NCBI GenBank assembly: GCA_003279055.1
Contig: QCBP01000006.1
Span: forward strand, 4,704-68,703
Origin: Prochlorococcus sp. AG-347-I21
GTDB taxonomy: Bacteria; Cyanobacteriota; Cyanobacteriia; PCC-6307; Cyanobiaceae
Length of the DNA: 64,000 nucleotides
Reading direction: 5' to 3'
Part shown: positions 19,102-29,262 of the stretch, piece after piece
Layout: every line of letters starts with the position of its first letter
How positions within the stretch are numbered: position 1 is the stretch's first letter
The notes under the pieces: model-generated
The model's database searches: none
What the model saw: only the letters and a program-made list of their open reading frames with translations
What the model was told of the DNA's origin: nothing
Translations under genes and position numbers: made by a program

Positions 19102-21828
19102 TTAAGAATTATTGTCAATTCTTTTTGTTGCAGGATTAATATCATCAAAGACTTTTATAAGATCATTAGATTCAGAAACAGGAAAACGATTAATAGCTCT
19201 TAATGCTAGCTTTGCTTTGCTTTTTAATTTATTACTAACGCCAATACAGTATTGCACTTGAGAAAGGACATCAATTGATCTTCTAATAATCCTCACTACA
19301 TCACCTTCATCTAATGAAGTATTAAAAACCAAATCTTTCCATTTTTTTCCCCTTGCCCATTCAGAAATAATTCCAGTCAACTCTGTTTCTAAATAGATAG
19401 GGATTTCAATATGAAACTTATTTTGTTGAGAAGCGACTAATTTTCTTAAACCATCTAATTCATTAAAAACATCTAAAACCTTTAAAGAAGGCTTGAAATT
19501 ACACCAAAGATTAGGCCTCCTTACATCAACACATATAGCTTGAATAATTGCAGCTAAATCAGGAGGATCTAAATCGTCCAAATAACCACTGACTAAAACA
19601 AGACCAATCCATAATTCATTTTCACTTCTTATTGCACCAACTGTTTGTCCAACTTCTGTCAATTCCAAATCACTTAAACAACCAAAATGATTCAAAATTT
19701 TAATCAAATCGGTAAAAGTTCTCCAGTTATGATTTTCTTTATCTTCAAGAAGTTTTTTTCTTATATTTATTTCTTGTTCAACATCAACCATCCTTTTTCT
19801 ATATTTCTTTAGTTTCCTGGAATCTCCAAATCTATGTGCGGGATGATCAATGACTGTTTCTTCTAAATCATTAATTTGTTGCTGTTGTGCTAAAACTTCC
19901 GTTGTTAGATCATATTGTGGAGTTTGTAAATCATTTTTTTTAGAAACTTCTAAAATTCGATCTGCAAAACACTTCGACATATCATCTCCCCTAACTACCT
20001 CCCCAGAAAAATACATCTTCGGAGCTGCAAGTCCAAAGACATCAATTGCATCCAAATCATTAAAAATACTTACTATGTATGAGGGTTTTATAAGAATAAA
20101 TAAATTATCAATTGTCAAACACAATAAACTCTTAATTTTTTGGGATTCATATATTTTCTTATAAATTAATCCTGGAACAATTTTTCTTTTAATTTGAGGA
20201 GCTTTGATTGAAATTAAGCTTCCATCTTTAATATATGGAAGTGCGTTGGTGATCTCTTCTGATAATTTTTCTGCTGCTTGTTTTTCTAAAATTTTCAAGA
20301 GTCTTCTCTCTTCTTTAAGGCGATTTCTTAACTTTTCGTAGGCATCAAAATCTTTCCATGAAACGTTAGATGTAATTTTTTTTAATTCAATTAAATCCTT
20401 ATCTAAATTTTCAATAATTATATTCTCACCTGAGGATTCAGCTAAATATAAAAAACTACCAAAACTTCTTTTAATTAATTCTTTAGACTTCTCTAAAGTA
20501 TAACTTTGCAAAAGATTAAGTACCATTCCATAGCTAGGAGTGAATTGACTCTCTAAAGAATTTGGTTTGCTAATAGCCAGTGCACTTGCTTCTTTAGCGC
20601 CTTCGAATCTTGTTTGTAATGTAACAACATATCCTTGGGTATCTTTTCCTCTTCTTCCAGCTCTTCCTGACATTTGCAAAAATTCACTGCTAAATAATAA
20701 TCTATGACCATCTTCCGTCCTTTTTGATAAAGAAGAAATAACAGTTGTTCTTGCGGGCATATTAATTCCTGCAGCTAGAGTTTCAGTTGCAAAAACAACT
20801 TTTATCAAGCCTTGCTGAAATAATTCCTCAACTAATTCTTTCCATGCAGGCAATAATCCAGCATGATGAGATGCAATACCGCGTTTTAATGCCTCGCATT
20901 GAGATTTATCTTTAATTGCCTCTTGATTATTTTTAAGATAAACATCTAATTTTTGGGATATCATATTTGCTTCTGAATAACTTACTAAAGTTAAATCTTT
21001 TATATTCTCTATAGCCTTGTCACAGCCTCTTCTACTAAAAATAAAATAAATAGCTGGCAACATATTTCGTTCAGCTAGTTTCGAGATTACAAAGCCAATA
21101 GAGGGAGACTTTGGTTGCATTATCCTACCTACTTTTCCTCTCATTTTCTGCCCTTTAGGAGCTCTCCATATCTTGCAGTTTGGATGAATTCCATTACCCT
21201 TATTATTTAAAAGTGGATGCAGGCCCTTAACACTACAAAAAATAAAATCAAGTGGGACTGGTCTCTTATCACTATTAATTAGTACTGTTGGTCCATGAAC
21301 TTTTTCTATCCAATTTTGTAGTTGATCTGCATTAGCTATTGTTGCTGATAAAGCTATTATTTGAGTTCTAGTAGGGCAATGGATTATAGTTTCTTCCCAA
21401 ACTGTGCCTCTTTGGGGGTCATTCATATAATGACATTCATCAAGAATCACAGATTCTAAATTTTCTAAGGGATCATCAAATTCATCAAATTCTCCATAAA
21501 GCATGTTTCTAAAAATCTCAGTCGTCATGACTAAGATTGGTGCTTCTCTATTTATGCTTATATCTCCAGTTAAAAGACCAACTTTATTTTCACCATATTG
21601 ATTTGCAAAATCTCTAAACTTTTGGTTTGATAGGGCCTTTAAAGGTGTTGTATAAAAAACTCTGCTGTCATGAGATAAACCTCTATATATAGCAAATTCA
21701 CCTATCAATGTTTTACCAGAACCTGTTGGTGCCGTTAAAACAACCGAATTTCCGCTATTAATAGCTCGTATTGCCTCTAATTGGAAATCATCTAGCGGAA
21801 AGGGGAAATATTCCTCTAAATTAAGCAA
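19102..21828 (-). CDS. Ski2/HelY-like superfamily-2 DEAD/DEAH-box RNA helicase
   Basis: Motif I APTGSGKT, motif II DECH, TETLAAGINMPA, and a long C-terminal arch/DSHCT-like extension. 908 aa. Apparent TTG start, with no in-frame ATG or GTG after the upstream stop. Confidence 0.85.
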   Translation of the reverse strand: MLNLEEYFPFPLDDFQLEAIRAINSGNSVVLTAPTGSGKTLIGEFAIYRGLSHDSRVFYTTPLKALSNQKFRDFANQYGENKVGLLTGDISINREAPILVMTTEIFRNMLYGEFDEFDDPLENLESVILDECHYMNDPQRGTVWEETIIHCPTRTQIIALSATIANADQLQNWIEKVHGPTVLINSDKRPVPLDFIFCSVKGLHPLLNNKGNGIHPNCKIWRAPKGQKMRGKVGRIMQPKSPSIGFVISKLAERNMLPAIYFIFSRRGCDKAIENIKDLTLVSYSEANMISQKLDVYLKNNQEAIKDKSQCEALKRGIASHHAGLLPAWKELVEELFQQGLIKVVFATETLAAGINMPARTTVISSLSKRTEDGHRLLFSSEFLQMSGRAGRRGKDTQGYVVTLQTRFEGAKEASALAISKPNSLESQFTPSYGMVLNLLQSYTLEKSKELIKRSFGSFLYLAESSGENIIIENLDKDLIELKKITSNVSWKDFDAYEKLRNRLKEERRLLKILEKQAAEKLSEEITNALPYIKDGSLISIKAPQIKRKIVPGLIYKKIYESQKIKSLLCLTIDNLFILIKPSYIVSIFNDLDAIDVFGLAAPKMYFSGEVVRGDDMSKCFADRILEVSKKNDLQTPQYDLTTEVLAQQQQINDLEETVIDHPAHRFGDSRKLKKYRKRMVDVEQEINIRKKLLEDKENHNWRTFTDLIKILNHFGCLSDLELTEVGQTVGAIRSENELWIGLVLVSGYLDDLDPPDLAAIIQAICVDVRRPNLWCNFKPSLKVLDVFNELDGLRKLVASQQNKFHIEIPIYLETELTGIISEWARGKKWKDLVFNTSLDEGDVVRIIRRSIDVLSQVQYCIGVSNKLKSKAKLALRAINRFPVSESNDLIKVFDDINPATKRIDNNS

Positions 21829-21965
21829 TAATTGTGATTGAAGAGAGGATGAGTTAACTTCTTAATATATGATCTATATAGATATTAATAAACAAAAAAT
21901 ACCTTGCAAACTTTAATAGTAAATCTAAATCTTTTTAATTAAATCCACTATTTTATTTTGACAAA

Positions 21966-23105
21966 ATGAAAAAAATAAAAATTCCAAAAAATAGAATCCG
22001 TAAATTAAAAACATTTTCTTTAGGTAAAAAACCATTCGAACTTCTAAGTTTAAATTCTCAAAATAAGAAACTTATAGACTTATGCAGTAATGATTATTTT
22101 GGATTAAGTAGGGACAAGGATTTAATAAAAGCTGCTTACGAAATAAGCCTTTTAGAAGGTATTGGTTCAGGAAGCTCTAGGTTTATTACAGGTTCAAGAC
22201 CAATACATAAATTATTAGAAACAAAACTTGCCAAGTGGCTTGATCAAGAGAGAGTATTACTTTTCCCAAGCGGATTTCAAGCAAATATAGCCGCTATCCA
22301 AGCTTTAGCAAACAGAAATAGTATCGTTATAGCTGATAAATTGATACATAACTCTTTAATAGTTGGAGTGAAAGCTGCTCAAGCAAAACTGGTTCGATTT
22401 TCACACAATAATTTAAAAGATTTAGAAAATAAAATTATTAAATCTAACCCTACAAAAAATTCCATTTTAGTTGTTGTTGAATCTCTTTATAGCATGGAGG
22501 GATCAATTGCTCCGCTCAGAGAAATAATAGACATTTGCAAAAAAAATAGTGTCCAATTATTAGTTGACGAAGCTCATGCAATTGGAATCTTGGGCCCTGA
22601 AGGCAGGGGTTTAAGTTTTAATTGCCGTTCAGATATAACTATGATTACTGGAACTTTTGGGAAAGCATTTGGAAGCGGTGGGGCTTTCGTGGCATCCAAT
22701 TCCGAAATTGGTGAATATCTTATCCAAACAAGTGGTGCATTTAGGTACACAACCGCGCTTGCTCCATCTTTAGCTGCTGGGGCACTAGAAGGTTTAAAAA
22801 AAATTTTAGAAAATAAAGAATGGGGTAATGATTTGTTATCTTCTGCGAAGCTATGGAAAGATGAAATTAGTAAAAATTTTAGTTTTCCAGTTCAAGGAGA
22901 TTCTCACATTTTATCAATTATTGTTGGCCAAGCAGAAAAAGCAATTGATCTACAAAAATATCTCGAAAAAAATGGGTTTTTGGCAATTGCGATAAGACCT
23001 CCCACTGTTCCAGTTGGGCAATCAAGAATCAGAATTACAATAAGGCGAAACTTAGATTTTAAACTGCTAAAGAATTTAATTTCTGTATTAAAAAAGTTTA
23101 AATGA
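21966..23105 (+). CDS. bioF: 8-amino-7-oxononanoate synthase
   Basis: Alpha-oxoamine synthase fold with the PLP lysine in TFGKAFGSGG. First gene of the bio cluster. Confidence 0.9.
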   Translation: MKKIKIPKNRIRKLKTFSLGKKPFELLSLNSQNKKLIDLCSNDYFGLSRDKDLIKAAYEISLLEGIGSGSSRFITGSRPIHKLLETKLAKWLDQERVLLFPSGFQANIAAIQALANRNSIVIADKLIHNSLIVGVKAAQAKLVRFSHNNLKDLENKIIKSNPTKNSILVVVESLYSMEGSIAPLREIIDICKKNSVQLLVDEAHAIGILGPEGRGLSFNCRSDITMITGTFGKAFGSGGAFVASNSEIGEYLIQTSGAFRYTTALAPSLAAGALEGLKKILENKEWGNDLLSSAKLWKDEISKNFSFPVQGDSHILSIIVGQAEKAIDLQKYLEKNGFLAIAIRPPTVPVGQSRIRITIRRNLDFKLLKNLISVLKKFK

Positions 23106-23806
23106 AACAAATTATTACTCAACATGGGTGGGGACTAAATAAACATTTTTGGGATGATTATAAAGATAATTTCTTAAATAATAATTGGCATTGGCAAGAT
23201 AATGAAAGAGGCTATTTTTCGACAAATAATTATCAAGCAAAATGGATTAAAAGCCAATCTAAAAAAGAAATCAGAATGACTTTATGCCATTCATTTGGTT
23301 TTCATTTAATACCAAAAAAAATTTTAAAAGAAGCAACTCATATTGTGCTTATCAATTCTTTTAATAATTTTCTTCCTTTAAGTAATAAGAGAAACTTTAT
23401 TATGAGGTCTCTAAAAAGAATGGAAACAAAAATCATAAAAGATGAACCTAAGGATATGTTGAAAGAATTTATATATAGATCATTTATGCCAAATCATATG
23501 AATAATAGTTTTAAAAATATCTTTTATAAAAGTCTAGAGAGTTTAAATAAAACTCTTCTTTTAAGTGATTTAAAAGAACTTTACATCAATAGAGATTTTC
23601 CAGTATTTTTAAGAAAAGATTGCAAAATTATTTTTATAAAATCAGAAAATGATTTGATTCTTGACAACGAATCAAATAATAACTTTTTGGATTACTTAAA
23701 TAAAACACTTGAAAGGAAGCCAATTTTAATTAAATTAGCTCAACAAGGTCATTGCTTGAATAATTTAAATTTATACGAGATCTTACGTAATACACTTAAC
23801 GATTGA
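23102..23806 (+). CDS. bioK: alpha/beta-hydrolase, probable pimeloyl-ACP methyl ester esterase (BioK-type)
   Basis: Sits between bioF and bioC with an ATGA overlap. Has a serine-elbow-like CHSFG and a C-terminal QQGHC histidine. Cyanobacterial BioK is known to occupy this operon position. Confidence 0.6.
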   Translation: MKQIITQHGWGLNKHFWDDYKDNFLNNNWHWQDNERGYFSTNNYQAKWIKSQSKKEIRMTLCHSFGFHLIPKKILKEATHIVLINSFNNFLPLSNKRNFIMRSLKRMETKIIKDEPKDMLKEFIYRSFMPNHMNNSFKNIFYKSLESLNKTLLLSDLKELYINRDFPVFLRKDCKIIFIKSENDLILDNESNNNFLDYLNKTLERKPILIKLAQQGHCLNNLNLYEILRNTLND

Positions 23807-23807
23807 A

Positions 23808-24566
23808 ATGGATAGTAAAAAGTGGAATGAGAAAATACAAAATAATTTCAATGATGCTGCATATCGGTATTTAGAGCATTCAAATATTCAAAAATTTTTT
23901 GCAAAAAAGATTGTTAATCTTATCGAAGAATTAAATCCCCAAAAAAAAGGTGAATGGATAGATCTAGGATCAGGACCAGGACTATTAGCAGATGAAATAG
24001 AAAAAATTTCTTCCCAAAAAGTATCCAGAATTGATTTCAGCAAGAAAATGCTTCTTGAGAATAAATTATCTAGAAAAAAAATTTTATGGGATTTAAATAA
24101 TGATTTACCTTCTGGCATAAATAACTGTTCTCTATTAACATCTAACTTTTGCATACATTGGTTAACCAACCCAGAAAAGATAATAAAAAATTGGTTTAGC
24201 AAATTAACACCTGGAGGTTTTTTAATCATTTCATATCCAACAAAAGATTGTTTTCCTGAATGGAAAGATACTTGTAAAAAAATTGATATTGAATATAGTG
24301 GTCTTAATTTCCTTTGCTCTAAAGAATTATTAAAAGATTTCAAATTAACTGAAATACATTATTCAAAACATTTTAATTATCTTGAAAATTTTGAAGATGT
24401 ATATAAACTTTTTAGAAGCATTAAAAATGTAGGAGCACAAACAACAAACTGTAAACGCAAAACAGTAAAAGAGTTAAAGCAAATTCAAAAGTTTTGGCCA
24501 AAGAATTACAATAATACAGTGAACCTTTCATGGCAAATTGAGATTCAAGTCATAAAGAAATTATGA
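23808..24566 (+). CDS. bioC: malonyl-ACP O-methyltransferase
   Basis: Class I SAM-binding motif DLGSGPG. 252 aa. Operon context bioF-bioK-bioC-bioD-bioA. Confidence 0.8.
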   Translation: MDSKKWNEKIQNNFNDAAYRYLEHSNIQKFFAKKIVNLIEELNPQKKGEWIDLGSGPGLLADEIEKISSQKVSRIDFSKKMLLENKLSRKKILWDLNNDLPSGINNCSLLTSNFCIHWLTNPEKIIKNWFSKLTPGGFLIISYPTKDCFPEWKDTCKKIDIEYSGLNFLCSKELLKDFKLTEIHYSKHFNYLENFEDVYKLFRSIKNVGAQTTNCKRKTVKELKQIQKFWPKNYNNTVNLSWQIEIQVIKKL

Positions 24567-25228
24567 GTAGTCACAAAAATATTTTCAAATTTATAATTTG
24601 TGGAACAGATACTGATATTGGAAAAACTTTAATAAGCTCTTTTTTCGTTAAAGGATTAAATTCCTTTTATTGGAAACCTATTCAAAGTGGGATTGAATCG
24701 CAAACTGATAGTCAAACTGTTGAAAAACTTGCACAAGTAAGTAAAGAGAAAATAATCAAAGAAGCTTATGTCTTTACAAAACCTCTATCTCCGCATTGGG
24801 CTGCTGAAATAGATCAAAAAGCTATTAACTTTGAAAAGTTGAGATTGCCAAAAGTGCAAGGCTCACTAATTATAGAAACTGCAGGTGGATTAATGGTTCC
24901 AATAACACGCAATTTTTTGCAAATAGATCAAATAAAAGAATGGAATCTTCCAGTAATACTTGTATGTAAGAGCTCGCTTGGCACTCTTAACCATACCCTG
25001 CTTAGTATTGAGGCCTTAAAACGAAGAAATATTGAGATTTTAGGTTTAGTAGTCAATGGCGAAAAACATCTAGATAATCCAAAAACTCTAGTTGATTTTA
25101 GTGGTATTCCTTTAATTGCTGAATTTCCTTACATCAAAAAAATGGACTCAAATAATTTAGATATACTATGGAAAGAACTAGACATCAAGAATAAGTTGAT
25201 CTCACTATTAAACTCAAAAATAAGTTAA
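24563..25228 (+). CDS. bioD: dethiobiotin synthetase
   Basis: P-loop GTDTDIGKT and the ETAGG motif. ATGA overlap with bioC. Confidence 0.9.
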   Translation: MSSHKNIFKFIICGTDTDIGKTLISSFFVKGLNSFYWKPIQSGIESQTDSQTVEKLAQVSKEKIIKEAYVFTKPLSPHWAAEIDQKAINFEKLRLPKVQGSLIIETAGGLMVPITRNFLQIDQIKEWNLPVILVCKSSLGTLNHTLLSIEALKRRNIEILGLVVNGEKHLDNPKTLVDFSGIPLIAEFPYIKKMDSNNLDILWKELDIKNKLISLLNSKIS

Positions 25229-26530
25229 ATGAAATCTTTGGATTCAAAAACTCCAAATCAAGATTGGCACCCAAATATTTGGCCACCTTTTACGCAAATC
25301 TATAACAGCAAACCGCAGATAGAAGTAACTCATGGTAAAGATGCCCTCCTATTTACTAAAGATCCTGAAAAAGAATTAATAGATGCAATTAGTAGTTGGT
25401 GGGTAACTCTTCATGGTCATAGTAACGAATATATTGCAGATGCCATTTTTGATCAATCAAAAAAACTTGAGCAAGTTATATTTGCTGATTTCTTACATCC
25501 ACAGGCAAAAAAATTAGCGGAAAGACTTAGTGAATTAACAAAACTAGAAAGATTATTCTTTTCTGATAACGGTTCTACTGCAGTGGAAGTCGCTTTAAAA
25601 ATTGCCTTCCAATCATGGCAAAATAGAGGTGAGACAAGAACTCAAATAGTAGCTTTTGATGGCGCCTATCATGGTGATACATTTGGTGCAATGGCTTTAG
25701 GTGAAAGAAATATTTTTAATGAGAATTTCGACAATCTTATGTTCCCAGTTAGAAGAGTCCCATGGCCATCAACTTGGATGTACGACGAAGAAGTAGAAAA
25801 TAAAGAAAATAAGGCGATCCAAAAATTAGAAAATCTACTTAAAACTCCCACAGTCGCAGTAATCCTTGAGCCACTTGTTCAAGGAGCAGGAGGGATGAAT
25901 ATGGTTAGGCCTCAGTTTATAAAAAAAGTTTCAGAAATTATAAAAAATAATAATTCTTTGTTAATTGCCGATGAAGTATTGACTGGGTTTGGAAGATGTG
26001 GAACCCTTTTTGCTTTTCAAAAGGCAAACATCATTCCTGATTTAATAAGTATTTCAAAAGGTTTAACTGGTGGATTTTTACCGATGGGAATAACTTTATG
26101 TAAAGAAAAAATTTTTCAATCCTTTATTGATGATTCCCCAAGAAAAACTTTTTGGCATGGACATAGTTTTACTGCTAATCCTTTAGGTTGTGCTGCAGCA
26201 AACGCTAGCCTTGATTTATTAGAAAAAGAACCACAAAAATACCTTTCTTTTGAAGAAAAACATTTATCTCATCTAATTAAATTTAAAAACTTACCTTATA
26301 TAAAAAAGGTAAGGGTATCCGGCACAATTGCTGCCTTCGATTTAGATATTGGGAACAAAAAAGGTTATTTCAATAATATTGGGAAAGAAATAAAGAGTCT
26401 TGCAATGAAGCAAGGTTTATTCATTAGGCCCCTCGGGAATGTTATTTACCTCTTGCCGCCTCTCTGTATAACAGATGATCAACTGGGGAAAAGTTACTGG
26501 ATAATAAGGCAAATCTTAGACAATCTTTAG
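25229..26530 (+). CDS. bioA: adenosylmethionine-8-amino-7-oxononanoate aminotransferase
   Basis: Class III aminotransferase with DEV.TGFGR and the PLP lysine in SISKGLTGG. Start abuts the bioD stop (TAAATG). Confidence 0.92.
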   Translation: MKSLDSKTPNQDWHPNIWPPFTQIYNSKPQIEVTHGKDALLFTKDPEKELIDAISSWWVTLHGHSNEYIADAIFDQSKKLEQVIFADFLHPQAKKLAERLSELTKLERLFFSDNGSTAVEVALKIAFQSWQNRGETRTQIVAFDGAYHGDTFGAMALGERNIFNENFDNLMFPVRRVPWPSTWMYDEEVENKENKAIQKLENLLKTPTVAVILEPLVQGAGGMNMVRPQFIKKVSEIIKNNNSLLIADEVLTGFGRCGTLFAFQKANIIPDLISISKGLTGGFLPMGITLCKEKIFQSFIDDSPRKTFWHGHSFTANPLGCAAANASLDLLEKEPQKYLSFEEKHLSHLIKFKNLPYIKKVRVSGTIAAFDLDIGNKKGYFNNIGKEIKSLAMKQGLFIRPLGNVIYLLPPLCITDDQLGKSYWIIRQILDNL

Positions 26531-26538
26531 ATAGAAGT

Positions 26539-26796
26539 TTAAGGTCCCTGCAGTATTGCATTTTCCACATCTTCTCTATTAATACAGTAGGAAAATAGTC
26601 TTTTAGTTTCTTGTCCTTCACTTTCCCACATAACACTTAAATCTTCTTGTTCAAAAATAATAGTTGCATTCCAATTTAAAAGTAACAGATACCATTTAGA
26701 TGGATTATTAATATCCTTCACAGCACCTAAATCAGTTAGCCACAATTCTAATGATTGCAATGAATTTTGATTGATAGGTTTTTTAGAGGGATTCAC
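26539..26796 (-). CDS. conserved hypothetical protein (DUF3143-like by recollection)
   Basis: 85-aa ORF with non-repetitive composition, co-oriented with and 16 nt downstream of the DnaJ-domain gene. Confidence 0.5.
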   Translation of the reverse strand: MNPSKKPINQNSLQSLELWLTDLGAVKDINNPSKWYLLLLNWNATIIFEQEDLSVMWESEGQETKRLFSYCINREDVENAILQGP

Positions 26797-26812
26797 AGAA
26801 TTTTTTAAGAAA

Positions 26813-27253
26813 TTATTTAATTAGCCAAAGCGGTATTGTCTCTAATTCTTTTCCAGTAAAAGAAGCAATAAAAATTGAACCAATTAAACTTATAGAAATG
26901 ATGATAATTAAAAGAAACAACGAAAATAATTCTCCATTCGAAAAAGGTCTTCTATTTCCTATTAAATTTTGATTATTAGAATCGATTACTAAATTATTTA
27001 AAACGTTAGTATTATTTGTAATTCTAGAGTTTTCTTTTAGTTTGTCATCATATATTTTCCTCAAATTACTATTATTTAAATGTTCATAAGCTTCAAGAAC
27101 TTCTTGAAATTTACTTTTAGCAACGTCTATTTCTAATGAAGTTGTATCGGGATGCAACTCAATAGATAGTTTACAAAATGCCTTTCTTAATTCATGATTG
27201 GATGCATTTTCATTTACACCTAAAATTTTGTAATAGGAAATTTCCCCTTTCAA
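26813..27253 (-). CDS. J-domain (DnaJ-like) protein with C-terminal transmembrane anchor
   Basis: YYKILGV...HPD J-domain signature at the N-terminus. Hydrophobic C-terminal segment LFSLFLLIIIISISLIGSIFIASF. Apparent TTG start. Confidence 0.8.
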   Translation of the reverse strand: MKGEISYYKILGVNENASNHELRKAFCKLSIELHPDTTSLEIDVAKSKFQEVLEAYEHLNNSNLRKIYDDKLKENSRITNNTNVLNNLVIDSNNQNLIGNRRPFSNGELFSLFLLIIIISISLIGSIFIASFTGKELETIPLWLIK

Positions 27254-27342
27254 AATAATCTTTTATTAATATTGTAATTCTAATAAATTTTTACTAAATA
27301 GAATGAATTTAATGGATTGTTAAAATTCGTATTTATAAAGAA

Positions 27343-28056
27343 ATGAAAAAACAAAACATTCCAGAAGAAATTCTTTCCTTAGTAACTGAAGAAGAAATAA
27401 ATTTATTTCAAGAGTTACAAATTAAAATTAAAGAATTAAATAATAAGACCAATCTCACAAGATTAACTGATGGTGATGATTATTGGGTATCTCAAGTTTT
27501 TGACAGCATTTGGCCATTCAAAGCTTTCACGAATATTAATTTTGATAATAAAAAATTTTTAGATATTGGATCAGGCTGTGGCTTCCCAGGTTTAGCTTAT
27601 GCAATAACTCATCCTAATTCTGAGATATACCTAATTGATTCTTTGAAAAAGAAAACAGATGCAATAAAAATTTTAGTTGAGCAGATCAATTTCAAAAACA
27701 ATATTCATGTAATCAATGATCGTGTTGAGAATTTAGCCCACCAATCGTCAATGAGAAATAATTTTAATATTGCGACAACTAGAGCGGTTAGTAACCCATC
27801 AACAGTTTCAGAATATATACTACCAATGTTAAAAAAAGAAGGCTTTGGAGTTTTATATTGTGGCAAATGGACGAATCAAGAAAGCAAAAATCTAGATAAA
27901 ACTTTAGAAATATTAGAAGGAAAAGTTAAAGATAAAAAAGAGATACTATTACCAAGAAATAAAGGCACCCGAAATATTATTCTTATTCAACCAAAGAAAT
28001 TCTGTCCTGAAATTTACCCAAGAAAAGTTGGGAAACCTGAAAAAAATCCATTATGA
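27343..28056 (+). CDS. rsmG: 16S rRNA (guanine527-N7)-methyltransferase
   Basis: GidB/RsmG motif DIGSGCGFPGL and NLT..t....W..h..DS near the N-terminus. 237 aa. Confidence 0.88.
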   Translation: MKKQNIPEEILSLVTEEEINLFQELQIKIKELNNKTNLTRLTDGDDYWVSQVFDSIWPFKAFTNINFDNKKFLDIGSGCGFPGLAYAITHPNSEIYLIDSLKKKTDAIKILVEQINFKNNIHVINDRVENLAHQSSMRNNFNIATTRAVSNPSTVSEYILPMLKKEGFGVLYCGKWTNQESKNLDKTLEILEGKVKDKKEILLPRNKGTRNIILIQPKKFCPEIYPRKVGKPEKNPL

Positions 28057-28058
28057 AA

Positions 28059-29252
28059 TTATTTTCTTGATAATCTTTTAGCATTTTTATCTCCAAACTT
28101 TTCTTTTAAATTTCTCAATTTTTTTATAACTTTTTTTGGATTTATATGACCTTCTAATACTTTCAATAATTGCCCTTCAGAAACATCTACATCTAGTAAA
28201 TTCGCATTGAATCCTGGGAACCAGTGGCTTCCATTGCCAAGCAATTGATATCTAGCTCTTGCATATCCTTCCATACCCAACCAATCAACTAAATTTGAAA
28301 GCCAAAGCAAAACTGGAATATTAATATTTCCGGGAGTATATTCCCAACTTGGTAAATTTCTATTCCAATTTTGATGCCACTCTAAACCCAAGGAATTAAT
28401 TGATTCCTGCCTTAATTTGTTAATTATCTTGGGCACATACTTCTCAGATTCTGATAACAACGAGACAGCTTCTAAATGCAGAGCAAAATCTGTCTCTTTT
28501 GCAATACCGACACTCAAAGTATGGACATTTTGATTTCTTAAGCAAAAAAGATCATTAAAAACTATAGGATGAAGTGGTTTACAAAATTCCAACATTTTTC
28601 TTGAGGGAGTATGAAGATGTCCCCCTTTATCAGTGGGACTTATTATGAAAACCCCAAGATCATGCTTATTGGCTAAATTAATAACCTTTGTATTTTCCTG
28701 ATTAATGAAATACCAGTGCAAATTTACATAATCAAATAAGTTTGTTGATATGGCCTTTTCAATAAGTGAAGATTTTCCATGGGTTGAAAATCCAATAGAT
28801 CCAATTAAATTTTCTTTTTGAAAATTCCTCAAAATATCAATGCAACCTCCATCTCGAATAGCATGATGTAAATGTTCAGCAGTATTGATACCATGTATTG
28901 CTAACAAATCAATTTTTTTAACTTTCAATTTTTCAATACTAGATAATACATCTTGCTCAAAAATTTCCGGATCGCTATTTGGTGGAATCTTTGTTTGGAT
29001 TATATTTGGGATTTTCTTAGTATTCTTAAAACACATCCCTAATTGCACCTCAGAAGTTCCATAGTACTTGGCCGTTTCTACATGACTTAAGCCATATTGT
29101 GTTGCAAGATCTAATATATTTTCTACTTTATTTTGTTCTTCGTATGAAACCTCAGAAAAATCTAATTGATCCCAACTTTTTTGAAATCTCATACCACCTA
29201 AAGATAAAACAGGAATCTTCAGATTGGTTCTACCAAATCTACGATATTGCAT
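28059..29252 (-). CDS. aldo/keto reductase family oxidoreductase with long Cys-free C-terminal extension
   Basis: MQYRRFGRTNLKIPVLSLGGMRF is a typical AKR N-terminus. I chose the ATG at 29252 over the track start at 29294, which would overlap the upstream ferredoxin gene. Confidence 0.8.
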   Translation of the reverse strand: MQYRRFGRTNLKIPVLSLGGMRFQKSWDQLDFSEVSYEEQNKVENILDLATQYGLSHVETAKYYGTSEVQLGMCFKNTKKIPNIIQTKIPPNSDPEIFEQDVLSSIEKLKVKKIDLLAIHGINTAEHLHHAIRDGGCIDILRNFQKENLIGSIGFSTHGKSSLIEKAISTNLFDYVNLHWYFINQENTKVINLANKHDLGVFIISPTDKGGHLHTPSRKMLEFCKPLHPIVFNDLFCLRNQNVHTLSVGIAKETDFALHLEAVSLLSESEKYVPKIINKLRQESINSLGLEWHQNWNRNLPSWEYTPGNINIPVLLWLSNLVDWLGMEGYARARYQLLGNGSHWFPGFNANLLDVDVSEGQLLKVLEGHINPKKVIKKLRNLKEKFGDKNAKRLSRK

Positions 29253-29262
29253 CTTTTTGATA

